Shown here piece after piece: positions 47,068 to 54,829 of a DNA stretch of 64,000 nucleotides. This DNA comes from a virus. The stretch spans positions 1-64,000 of the IMG/VR virus record IMGVR_UViG_3300019142_000010. One strand, written 5' to 3'. Under the pieces are notes generated by a model. It saw nothing but the letters and a program-made list of their open reading frames with translations, searched no databases and had not been told where the DNA came from. The position numbers and the translations under genes are program-made. Position 1 is the first letter of the stretch. Each line of letters opens with the position of its first letter.

Positions 47068-47097
47068 TTGATTTTTTATAGAGTCGAAGAGTAGTAT
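47068..47097 (+). promoter_or_regulatory. Candidate rightward promoter
   Basis: TTGATT, an 18-nt spacer, then TAGTAT. The spacer contains ttttatagag, related to the P1-P4 spacer. Confidence 0.3.
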
Positions 47098-47142
47098 GCG
47101 CGGCAGTGTTCGAGCGCGAGAGAACTATTTGCCGCCAGGCTA

Positions 47143-47171
47143 TTGACAGGGAAGTACCGGGCGGCTAGGCT
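47143..47171 (+). promoter_or_regulatory. Candidate rightward promoter
   Basis: TTGACA-17 nt-TAGGCT. It would give a ~260-nt leader before the initiator gene. Confidence 0.3.
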
Positions 47172-47433
47172 CGCGCCCGATTGAGAGCGGCGCACCTTTG
47201 GCCTGAGGCGCGCGGCTCGCCGTCGTATCCTCTGCCAGCACTTAGCCTGTGGCTGGACGAGGCGGGCGGTTCAGACCGTAACGCGAAAGTGTTGCGGAAC
47301 TTTAACCGGCAGTGCTACAAACACAGCGTCCCCCCTCCCGACCTGAGAGTTGGACGGTGATTTTGTAGGCGGCCTATAGGAGCTCCAACATGCGAAGCCT
47401 AGCAATCTTCCGTGCCCCGTCGTCTATCTGCAC

Positions 47434-48825
47434 ATGGACGAGGGCAGGGAACGAGTCCACCGGCAGGGGGTGTCGTCCATGGTAAAGACGACGGAACCTC
47501 CGGCCACCAAACTCTTAATCAACGAAACCCCGCTGCAATTTCTTCCGACGCTCGCCGTGCTCATCGGCGACCGCCCGGCGCTCGCCCTGCAACAAGTTCA
47601 CTACTGGCTCAACAACGTCAACGAGCACGGACGCCGCACGGCGCATCTGCGCGAGGGGCGCTACTGGATTTACAACAGCTACGATGACTGGCACGCCGAC
47701 AAGTTCAAGATGTGGTCATTGCCGACCATCAAGCGCGTGTTCCTGTTCCTCGAACGAGAAGGCATCGTCGAGACCAGGCAATACGAACTCTCGGAAGGAA
47801 ACGGGCGGAAGTGGTACACCATCAACTACGAGCGCGTGACGGAGATCGAGCATTGCGGAGGATTGACACAGAAACAGAAACGGCGCACGCGAGCGACGAG
47901 ACAGCCCGGCCAGGACGCCGACGAAGAGTTGTCATTCGACGCCATCGGGGGGGGTGGGATCAATTTGATCCCACCCCCCCCGATGGATCAAATTGATCCC
48001 ACCTTCGGATCAGAACGATCCGTTCTCTTAGGTACAGAGAGAACTACACAAGATCGAATACCACATGCTTCGCATGGCGAAGCGAGCGAGAACGGCGGGG
48101 CGACGGCGTTAGCCCTCATCCCGCTGCGCGGGGAAGCGGCGGCGGCGACGACCGCGGCGCACGCGCAGCGCCTCGTGGTCGAGACGGACACGGTGGGCGA
48201 GTTGATCGCGGCGGCGATGCAGGCGGGCGTCCCCGTCACCGAGGACTTGATCAACGATGCCGAGCGGGTGGCGCGCGAACTGGCGCGGGGCGCGCTCGGC
48301 GGGCGGCGCCGGCCGGAGGACTGCCCGGCGTGGTTCATCCGCGGATGTTTCGGCGTGCTGCGCAACAAGGTGCGCACGTTCCGGGACGAAGACGTGCAGG
48401 GCGCGGCGGCCAAGCGGCTCTGGGCAGACTTTTGGACGATTGAGCAGGTGGCGTGGTGCCTGGACCTGCTCTTGCGTGACCCTTATCGCAAAGACTGTCG
48501 CGAGTCGTTGCTGACAGTCGAGCGCGAGATCGGCACCCGATACGCGAAGGCGTATCGAGCGACGGACGGAACAACCCCACACACAACACAACCAGACGGA
48601 AAGGACACACCAGGATATGAAAGCAGCAGCACTTTTGGAACGGCCGCCGGAGCCGGAATTGAGGCGCGAGCCGCCGACAATTACGGCGGTTTCTGCCAGC
48701 AGCCCGCAGCAGCAGCAGCAGCAGCGGCACCAGCAGCGGTTGAAGATACTGGCGCAGTTGTTGGAGGACGCGCTCATCACCTCCAACTTGTCGAACGTGA
48801 AGACGGACGAGGCGCGGCTTCGTGA
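47434..48825 (+). CDS. Replication initiator / replisome-organiser-like protein (alternative start 47479; 3' end uncertain)
   Basis: The N-terminal wHTH-like pattern LALQQVHYWLN..GRYWIYNSYDDWHADKF..WSLPTIKRVFLFLEREGIVE is typical of phage O/DnaD-like initiators (from memory). The ori-like repeats lie in its linker. Confidence 0.5.
   Translation: MDEGRERVHRQGVSSMVKTTEPPATKLLINETPLQFLPTLAVLIGDRPALALQQVHYWLNNVNEHGRRTAHLREGRYWIYNSYDDWHADKFKMWSLPTIKRVFLFLEREGIVETRQYELSEGNGRKWYTINYERVTEIEHCGGLTQKQKRRTRATRQPGQDADEELSFDAIGGGGINLIPPPPMDQIDPTFGSERSVLLGTERTTQDRIPHASHGEASENGGATALALIPLRGEAAAATTAAHAQRLVVETDTVGELIAAAMQAGVPVTEDLINDAERVARELARGALGGRRRPEDCPAWFIRGCFGVLRNKVRTFRDEDVQGAAAKRLWADFWTIEQVAWCLDLLLRDPYRKDCRESLLTVEREIGTRYAKAYRATDGTTPHTTQPDGKDTPGYESSSTFGTAAGAGIEARAADNYGGFCQQPAAAAAAAAPAAVEDTGAVVGGRAHHLQLVEREDGRGAAS
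47943..48026. repeat. Candidate origin: 43-bp perfect palindrome plus iteron-like repeats and GATC cluster
   Basis: Positions 47943-47985 read catcggggggggtgggatcaa-t-ttgatcccaccccccccgatg. The 20-bp unit GGGATCAAtTTGATCCCACC recurs as TGGATCAAaTTGATCCCACC 28 bp downstream. The palindrome cggatc-agaac-gatccg lies at 48006-48022. Confidence 0.6.
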
Positions 48826-49255
48826 TCTGCGCCGGCGCATCTTCGAGGCGGCGAAAATCTACAACGACCATCTGCGCCCGGAGCGGATACCGACCTACAA
48901 ACTGCCGGCCGTCTTCGTTCACGCCTCGCTCTACCGCGACCCGGAACACCCGTTCTGCGTGGCCGACGTGCGCCAGGCGTGGACGGAATTGAAGGGCAAC
49001 CCGGAACTGATGCTGCGCTATCTGCCCGACGGCGACCCGACGGCGCAGCACGCGCTCCTGCCACCGGCAGACCCGAACTGCCGGGAGTGCCGGGGAACGG
49101 GGATGCGGCGCGGGAGCGTCGTCTGTACGAGCTGCCGTACGTGCCCGAACTGCTTTAATTCACGGCTGGAAATTTTCGAGGTCGAGGCCGGGCAGACGGC
49201 GGCGCGGCGGTGCGGGCGGTGCTGTCCGCCGCTGCCGCCCGAGGAATTCGGCTAA
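48617..49255 (+). CDS. Hypothetical protein with DnaJ-like CxxCxGxG zinc finger (start uncertain, alternative GTG 48797)
   Basis: It contains CRECRGTGMRRGSVVCTSCRTCPNC. The 5' 209 nt overlap the initiator ORF in another frame. Confidence 0.45.
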   Translation: MKAAALLERPPEPELRREPPTITAVSASSPQQQQQQRHQQRLKILAQLLEDALITSNLSNVKTDEARLRDLRRRIFEAAKIYNDHLRPERIPTYKLPAVFVHASLYRDPEHPFCVADVRQAWTELKGNPELMLRYLPDGDPTAQHALLPPADPNCRECRGTGMRRGSVVCTSCRTCPNCFNSRLEIFEVEAGQTAARRCGRCCPPLPPEEFG

Positions 49256-49309
49256 TCGGGGGCGAGCAGAGAATCCGAATCTCCGGAACAACCCGGCACA
49301 TTTACGCAT

Positions 49310-49361
49310 CCAAGAGCGCGTGTTCGACGTTTAGACTTGCGCTCTTGGGGCGTTTTTGTTT
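49310..49361 (+). terminator. Rho-independent terminator
   Basis: A 10-bp stem ccaagagcgc / gcgctcttgg with a 19-nt loop, followed by ggcgTTTTTgTTT. Confidence 0.7.
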
Positions 49362-49473
49362 ACAAAGGAAGCAGAGCTGAGCTAGACCTTACCCCACATC
49401 TTCGCTCCCGCGACTCTCAGCGTCTCAAAGGCCGAATAATTGAAGTTTCGCAATTGACTCGGAGACCGCCCCC

Positions 49474-50217
49474 GTGAGCGTTTTGGCACCGTCGCGCCTC
49501 GGCGACTTTTTCTCTCAATACCTCGCACCGTTTTCCTCGCACGTGCACCGCAATGTGGAGATGGTCTGCGCGCTGATGACGGCGCGCTGTCTGGTGACGC
49601 AGGAACACCTGGAGCGGACGGCCATCTACGCCGACGGGATGGCGGAGATTTTCGGGCTGTCGCGGGAGCGGCGGCGCGCGCTGCGGATCGGGGCGCTGTT
49701 GCATGACGTGGGGAAGATGGGAGTCCCGGACGAAATTCTGCATAAGCCGGGCAGACTGACGGCCGCGGAATTCAACGTCATGAAGCTGCACCCGCAGATC
49801 GGGGAGCATATTCTGGCGCAGAATCACTTTCCGGTCGGCGTGACGGATTGCGTCCGCTGGCATCATGAGCGATGGGGCGGGCGGGGCTACCCGGACGGCC
49901 TGAAAGGGAAGGAGATACCGATCACGGCGCGCATTCTGGCCGTCGTTGATTGCTACGACGCGGTGCGCGAGGACAGGCCCTACCGCGCCGGGATGGACCG
50001 GCAGGAGGCGATAGACGTGTTGCGGTGCGGCTCGGAGACGATGTTCGAGCCGCTCATCGTGAAAGCCTTCGTCCAGAATTTGCACAAATTTGAACGGGAG
50101 ATAGAAAGGCACAAAGTTTCCTATACGCCGTCGCGCATCGCGCCTTCCACCCTCACAGCGGAAGCGCGGGCGGTCGAGCCGCCGCAGGGCCTCGACCCGC
50201 CGCCGCTCAAGGCCTAA
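49474..50217 (+). CDS. HD-GYP domain phosphodiesterase
   Basis: It has LLHDVGKMGVPDEIL, HPQIGEHIL, HHERWGGRGYPDGLKGKEIP and AVVDCYDAVREDRPYR. It is a stand-alone domain with no receiver or sensor. Confidence 0.8.
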   Translation: MSVLAPSRLGDFFSQYLAPFSSHVHRNVEMVCALMTARCLVTQEHLERTAIYADGMAEIFGLSRERRRALRIGALLHDVGKMGVPDEILHKPGRLTAAEFNVMKLHPQIGEHILAQNHFPVGVTDCVRWHHERWGGRGYPDGLKGKEIPITARILAVVDCYDAVREDRPYRAGMDRQEAIDVLRCGSETMFEPLIVKAFVQNLHKFEREIERHKVSYTPSRIAPSTLTAEARAVEPPQGLDPPPLKA

Positions 50218-50251
50218 AGCCCCTCACCCTTCCTCAGAGGCACAATTCAAC

Positions 50252-50926
50252 ATGGCTATCCGTCGCTATCGGAGCCGCAGGACAACTGCGCCTCCGGGGC
50301 AATACCTCACCGGCGGACTGCTCGTGCATGACAATCAAGGCAATCTCTCACCGAAGCCTATCGGGGTCAGCAAGCGAGCGTCCAAAAACCTACAGAACGA
50401 ACACCAGGAACAGAGCGCATTTTTCAGCCAGATCGAGAAGAACGCGCAGCGTGCGCCGGAGCTGCTGCGCTTCCGCGCCATCCCGAACGGCGGCTACCGG
50501 GGCGAGCGCGTCGAGTACAAACGCAAGGATGGAAGGATCGGGGATTACAACCCGGTGGCGTATAAATTGAAGGCAGAGGGCGTCCGCGCCGGCACGCTCG
50601 ACACGCTCTGCACGGTGGCGCGGCGCGGCTACCATTCGCTGTGGATCGAGTTCAAGGTGAATGACAACACGCTCTCGGAAGAACAGCAGCGGGAGCGTGA
50701 ATTGCTGCTCGCGGAAGGGCACTCGGTTCATACGGTCTGGACGTGGGTGGAAGCGTGGCACGTCTGCATCTGGTATTTTGATTATGACCCGGAGCAGCTT
50801 TTCATGCCGCTCAAGAATGGATTTTTCGACAACGGGCGCGGCCACGACCTCAAGTGCGGCTGCGACCTGCAACTGAGGGCGATGCCGTCATGGGACTATC
50901 AGAAGAGTCGAAACATATTTCGATGA
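50252..50926 (+). CDS. VRR-NUC domain nuclease
   Basis: It has the D..ExK core GTLDTLC..GYHSLWIEFKVNDNTLSEEQ followed by LLAEGHSVHTVWTWVEAW. Confidence 0.75.
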   Translation: MAIRRYRSRRTTAPPGQYLTGGLLVHDNQGNLSPKPIGVSKRASKNLQNEHQEQSAFFSQIEKNAQRAPELLRFRAIPNGGYRGERVEYKRKDGRIGDYNPVAYKLKAEGVRAGTLDTLCTVARRGYHSLWIEFKVNDNTLSEEQQRERELLLAEGHSVHTVWTWVEAWHVCIWYFDYDPEQLFMPLKNGFFDNGRGHDLKCGCDLQLRAMPSWDYQKSRNIFR

Positions 50927-51045
50927 AGCGATTTCTGGCTTGCGGCTGGCGTCCCTTGCCGCCATGCAGGGAAGGGTGCCTGATACGCTACAGCCTGCGC
51001 CGGACGGACGGCGCGGAGTTCGAGCAGCACGCGCACCTGGAATGA
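50923..51045 (+). CDS. Possible 40-aa ORF
   Basis: ATGA overlaps occur at both ends (50923-50926 and 51042-51045). There is no other support. Confidence 0.25.
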   Translation: MKRFLACGWRPLPPCREGCLIRYSLRRTDGAEFEQHAHLE

Positions 51046-51383
51046 AAGGGTGGGCAGATGTGCATCATGACGCTCTGCCTGATGGCGCGCGGTCGTGGAG
51101 CATAGCGAGCGCGGCGGGCGTCTCAACCTGCACATGGAGGGCTACGGACGGCGCGGAATCCGCATACCAGACTTACGCGCGGGGAGTAACAATCATGGCG
51201 ACCGATGAGAAACGACCGAGTGAGATTGCCGAGGAAATTGTTGAGGCTTGGGCTAACACCGAGGCCGGGCCGCTGGATGTTCCTCGCGGCCGGTTGTGGA
51301 TACTGAAAAAAGAGATCGCGGATGCCATCAGGCATGAGCGGGTGCGGAGGATGACGACTGAAAATAATTCCTTGACAGGATAG
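51042..51383 (+). CDS. Hypothetical protein (alternative start 51196)
   Basis: ATGA coupling at 51042. The internal ATG at 51196 has GGGGAG upstream. Confidence 0.4.
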   Translation: MKGWADVHHDALPDGARSWSIASAAGVSTCTWRATDGAESAYQTYARGVTIMATDEKRPSEIAEEIVEAWANTEAGPLDVPRGRLWILKKEIADAIRHERVRRMTTENNSLTG

Positions 51384-51496
51384 GTGCTATCCTGTATCCT
51401 GCGCTTGTCTTTGAAAACAAACGAGCCTGACAGGGCGGCAACCCTCTCAGGCTCTCCACCACAAACCTTAGAAACAGTCGAAGGAGACTAAGGATC

Positions 51497-52936
51497 ATGG
51501 CTACTCAAAATACTAACACGAATAAAGTCACAGTGGCGGCAGAGGCGCAGGGCTTCATGCTGACCGCTACGTTCATCGTCGAGGGCAACCGGTACGCGCA
51601 CAAGGCGATGAATTTTAGCGGGCATGCCCGCTTCGGTGAAGGCGACGAAGTGTTTGCGAAAGTGAGCGAACTCAACAGCCGCGATAATCGATTCAGTATC
51701 CAGGTCAGATACGCGGATATTCCCGAAGCGGTCAAAGCCCTCCTGCTCGCCAGCGACCCCGAATTCGCCAACTGGCAGCCTCAATACAGCTATCCCTTCC
51801 CCGTCGCGGCAGAAGACACAGCGCGCGTGCGCGCTCTTTACGAATCGCTCTGCGCAATTGAACGCCAGTACGAAGTCGAGAGCATCAAGCGCGAAGTAGC
51901 ACTCGTCGCAGAATCGGTGAAGGACAAAGCTCAATATCAACTCACTGTTCAGGCAGGCGAGCGTGATGGGCATGGCAAAATCACGCTCGCCGGGTCGGAT
52001 GTGAAGTGCTACCTCAGCCGCCACAGTGACGGTCGCTGGCTCGCCGTCGTCTCTCATCGCAATGTGCCTGACTCGTTCCTCAAGGCGCGGGGCATCAAGC
52101 GTAAAGACCTCAATGGCGGGGATGTCAAAATTTTCCTGACGCGCGAGAGCCAGGCGCTGCTGCTCGACACCTTCGCTGCCGTGACTGCCGACATGGACGC
52201 AGAGCGCGAGGCAGTCGCGTCGCGCGCGCGCGCGGAAGCCGCGCAGTTTCAGGTGAAGGGATGGTGCTGGGACATAGGCTGCGACACGACCGATTCTTAC
52301 TATTTCATCTACCCGGATGAAGCGCATGCTTCTCTGCGTCCCTACATCAAGAGCAGTAATGAAATCCTCTTCTCGAAGCACCTGAAGAGAACTGACCTCG
52401 ATATGCTACGCGAGCGGTTCGGTGTGATCGGGGAAACCGAGGCGCGTCCCTACAGCTATGGCGGCTACATCTTCTCTATCGAAGCTTACGAATACCTGGC
52501 GAAACTGACGCAGGAGCGCGAAGCGGAAGTACAGCGCAAGGCGCGTGTGAGGGAAGAGGCTGAGGCCGCCGAGCGGCGGCGTGTGACTGAGGCCGCTCAG
52601 GGACGCGAAATCGTCGAGGTGACGGTCGAGAGCGCACCACACCCGCAGGATTTGTCGAACGTGATCTTGAATAGCCCCGCGCCCCAGGACGGCGCGTTCC
52701 TCGTCCACCGCCGCGTCGAGCGCGAGACGTGGGAGAAGATGAAAGCGGCGGGGACGCACTATCTCGATGCGGAGATGCTTGAAGATTTCGATATGTTCAA
52801 CGCAGAACCGGGCTGGCGGTATTCGCTCGCGGCGATTCATGTTCTGCTCGATGCAGGTTTCGCGGTCAAGATCGAGCGCGACGTGATGACGACACACGCC
52901 GAGTTGGACAACCTCTTCAAAATGGAGGTCAAGTAA
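51497..52936 (+). CDS. Hypothetical protein
   Basis: 479 aa with a strong SD (GAAGGAGA). Local GC is lower by eye. No motif recognised. Confidence 0.6.
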   Translation: MATQNTNTNKVTVAAEAQGFMLTATFIVEGNRYAHKAMNFSGHARFGEGDEVFAKVSELNSRDNRFSIQVRYADIPEAVKALLLASDPEFANWQPQYSYPFPVAAEDTARVRALYESLCAIERQYEVESIKREVALVAESVKDKAQYQLTVQAGERDGHGKITLAGSDVKCYLSRHSDGRWLAVVSHRNVPDSFLKARGIKRKDLNGGDVKIFLTRESQALLLDTFAAVTADMDAEREAVASRARAEAAQFQVKGWCWDIGCDTTDSYYFIYPDEAHASLRPYIKSSNEILFSKHLKRTDLDMLRERFGVIGETEARPYSYGGYIFSIEAYEYLAKLTQEREAEVQRKARVREEAEAAERRRVTEAAQGREIVEVTVESAPHPQDLSNVILNSPAPQDGAFLVHRRVERETWEKMKAAGTHYLDAEMLEDFDMFNAEPGWRYSLAAIHVLLDAGFAVKIERDVMTTHAELDNLFKMEVK

Positions 52937-53478
52937 TGCACCTGCTAAAAGTCGGTGAGCCTTACAATCCGCGTGTACGCCGCTGGCCGGAAGGGGCAAA
53001 TTACAACTTCCGCGCCGGCGCGCACGAATTATTGATGTTCTTCCCGGCTCCGACCGCGCAGGAGACAAAAGACGTGGCGCACGGCGCGGCTCAATTCGCG
53101 CTGCATTACGAGGACGACATCCTCTTTTTTCTTTATCGTTTCGGCACTTCAATCGAGTGGTCTGACGCGCCCTATTCCTATCATCTGGTGACGGCCGACG
53201 AGCGGCGGCTACCCGAACCTTTGGAGAGCGCTGAGACCCGCGCGCTGCTGAGCATCATCCTGATCGATGCGCGCACCGGGATCAACCGGGCGATGCGCGC
53301 CTTGACGCTTTCTGCCGCTTTCACTCGTGAATTGCACGCGCGGATCACGGAGCAGGCGGCGTCTACGTGGATGGGGCCGCAGGCTCACGAAGCGGCGCTG
53401 AACCGCCTCTATTCCAGATACCCGACGACGCGCCACCTGCTCGACGTGGCGAGCGTTCGCACAGAAGGAGGGATGTGA
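52936..53478 (+). CDS. Hypothetical protein
   Basis: 180 aa with a TAATG junction. Confidence 0.5.
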   Translation: MHLLKVGEPYNPRVRRWPEGANYNFRAGAHELLMFFPAPTAQETKDVAHGAAQFALHYEDDILFFLYRFGTSIEWSDAPYSYHLVTADERRLPEPLESAETRALLSIILIDARTGINRAMRALTLSAAFTRELHARITEQAASTWMGPQAHEAALNRLYSRYPTTRHLLDVASVRTEGGM

Positions 53479-53696
53479 TGCCGAATCGAGGCAAGCCCGT
53501 TCGCGTGTATCCGGAGACTGAGGCGGCCATCGCTGCTGCGAGTAAAGAGGATCGTCCCGATCTGCTCCGTCACGGACTGGCCTACGCGGTGAATGTACTG
53601 GTGATGGAAGTTTTAAATAAGAAGCCGCCGCCCACACCGCGCGAACTTAAAGCATCCAGCGCGCGGGCGCAGCAGGCGCAAAAGAAACGAACATAA
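53478..53696 (+). CDS. Hypothetical small protein (possible RHH-like)
   Basis: 72 aa starting MPNRGKPVRVYPETEAAIAAA, with a TGATG junction and GGAGGG upstream. Confidence 0.45.
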   Translation: MPNRGKPVRVYPETEAAIAAASKEDRPDLLRHGLAYAVNVLVMEVLNKKPPPTPRELKASSARAQQAQKKRT

Positions 53697-53738
53697 CGAC
53701 GGCCGCGACGAATCTTGCATCATTCGTCGCGGCCGTCG
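53697..53738. terminator. 17-bp perfect hairpin, likely bidirectional terminator
   Basis: cgacggccgcgacgaat-cttgcatc-attcgtcgcggccgtcg. On the minus strand it is followed by the T-rich TTATGTTCGTTTCTTTT. Confidence 0.6.
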
Positions 53739-54111
53739 CGGTTAGGGGTTGAAAGAAGATGCGCGGCATACCTGACAGGGTACCGTGCATTGAGCCTCAC
53801 AGTCAGCGCATAATAACAGGGAAGGCGGAATGATGAAAAGTGAGAATTCATCAATCAAACCGCGTGCCTGAGCTTTAAATCACCCCACATTGCCGGAGTC
53901 CGATAATGGCGATTATGTTATCAGCGTGGCCGCGCTCCGGGCTGGTTGAGCGGTTGTGTACCTCATAGCCGACACTAACACCTGATGGGTGATAGGTGAT
54001 GGGTGACAAGTTAATTCCTCTCAAATGCGCCGGGGAGAGGTCGAGGCACACAAAGAGGGGCGCAGCACGCGAACGCGCGGCCGAGAGAGATGAATTGTGA
54101 CCGGCGAAGAC

Positions 54112-54429
54112 TCAGCCAGCCGGAGCGCACTGGCAGTCAACGAGCGGCGAGAAGCGCACGCTCCACAGGTCGGGCACGTCGGCGCGCGAGGAGACATGCA
54201 TCGTCATGCCGTCCAGCGCCTCGACGCGCGCCCTGACTTCCTCATTCAAGACGAGCGCGGGAAAGTCCAGGCGCAGCGACCCGTCAGGCTCGAAAGTGAA
54301 AATGGCGTGCGTCTGACATTGATTTTCGGAGAGCCAGTGGCGCACGGTCTCCTTGACCGTATCCAGCATTTTCTCCAGGTTGTGGACTTCGGATGTCGGT
54401 GTGTTGATCTTCAATTTATCGTCTTTCAT
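54112..54429 (-). CDS. Hypothetical protein (isolated minus-strand gene)
   Basis: The start MKDDKLKINTP at 54429 has GGAG 8 nt upstream. The longer 183-aa ORF N-terminus looks non-coding. Confidence 0.45.
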   Translation of the reverse strand: MKDDKLKINTPTSEVHNLEKMLDTVKETVRHWLSENQCQTHAIFTFEPDGSLRLDFPALVLNEEVRARVEALDGMTMHVSSRADVPDLWSVRFSPLVDCQCAPAG

Positions 54430-54713
54430 CGTCGCGGCTCCGATGGGAGGTGAAGAAACGAGCAGACAGACCGGAGGTGAGTAAACATGTGGGCAAGTTA
54501 TTCCGGTTCGTCGCGTATCTTCGCACACAACGCGAGCGCGGTAGTATAAATTTTTCCCGTGGTGATGAAGGCTGGCGGGTGGGCGATTACCCCATGCAGA
54601 CGATGATACCTCATGCAGCAAGGGGAGCCAGGCCTGTTCTCTCCATACGTGGCATAACCCCATTGTTATAGCAGATATGAAGGCGGGCGGGTGAAGTCCG
54701 GTCTAAACAATGT

Positions 54714-54743
54714 TTGACAAGTGTTGAAAATGTGTGTTTAGAT
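54714..54743 (+). promoter_or_regulatory. Candidate promoter of lysis genes
   Basis: TTGACA (54714-54719), an 18-nt spacer with TG, then TTAGAT. Confidence 0.3.
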
Positions 54744-54829
54744 GATTTCAGTCAGCGGGGGCTTACCTTTCCTCAAGTCCTCAGACACCCCAAGGTAAAC
54801 ACTCGAACTGACCCCCAAAACCTCACTCT

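Noticed and set aside
47100-47430. A tRNA, tmRNA or c-di-GMP riboswitch in the long leader. A riboswitch was prompted by the nearby HD-GYP gene.
   Set aside because: I could not build a cloverleaf: there is no GTTCRANYC T-loop with matching acceptor stems. I also saw nothing resembling the GEMM-I conserved ACGCAAAGC-type core I remember. Only generic hairpins remain. An Infernal scan is still needed.
28652-47433. Lysogeny module (integrase, attP, CI repressor) in the minus-strand block.
   Set aside because: No tyrosine or serine recombinase motifs were recognised in any frame. Only one XRE-type HTH gene is present, so lifestyle cannot be called from this window.
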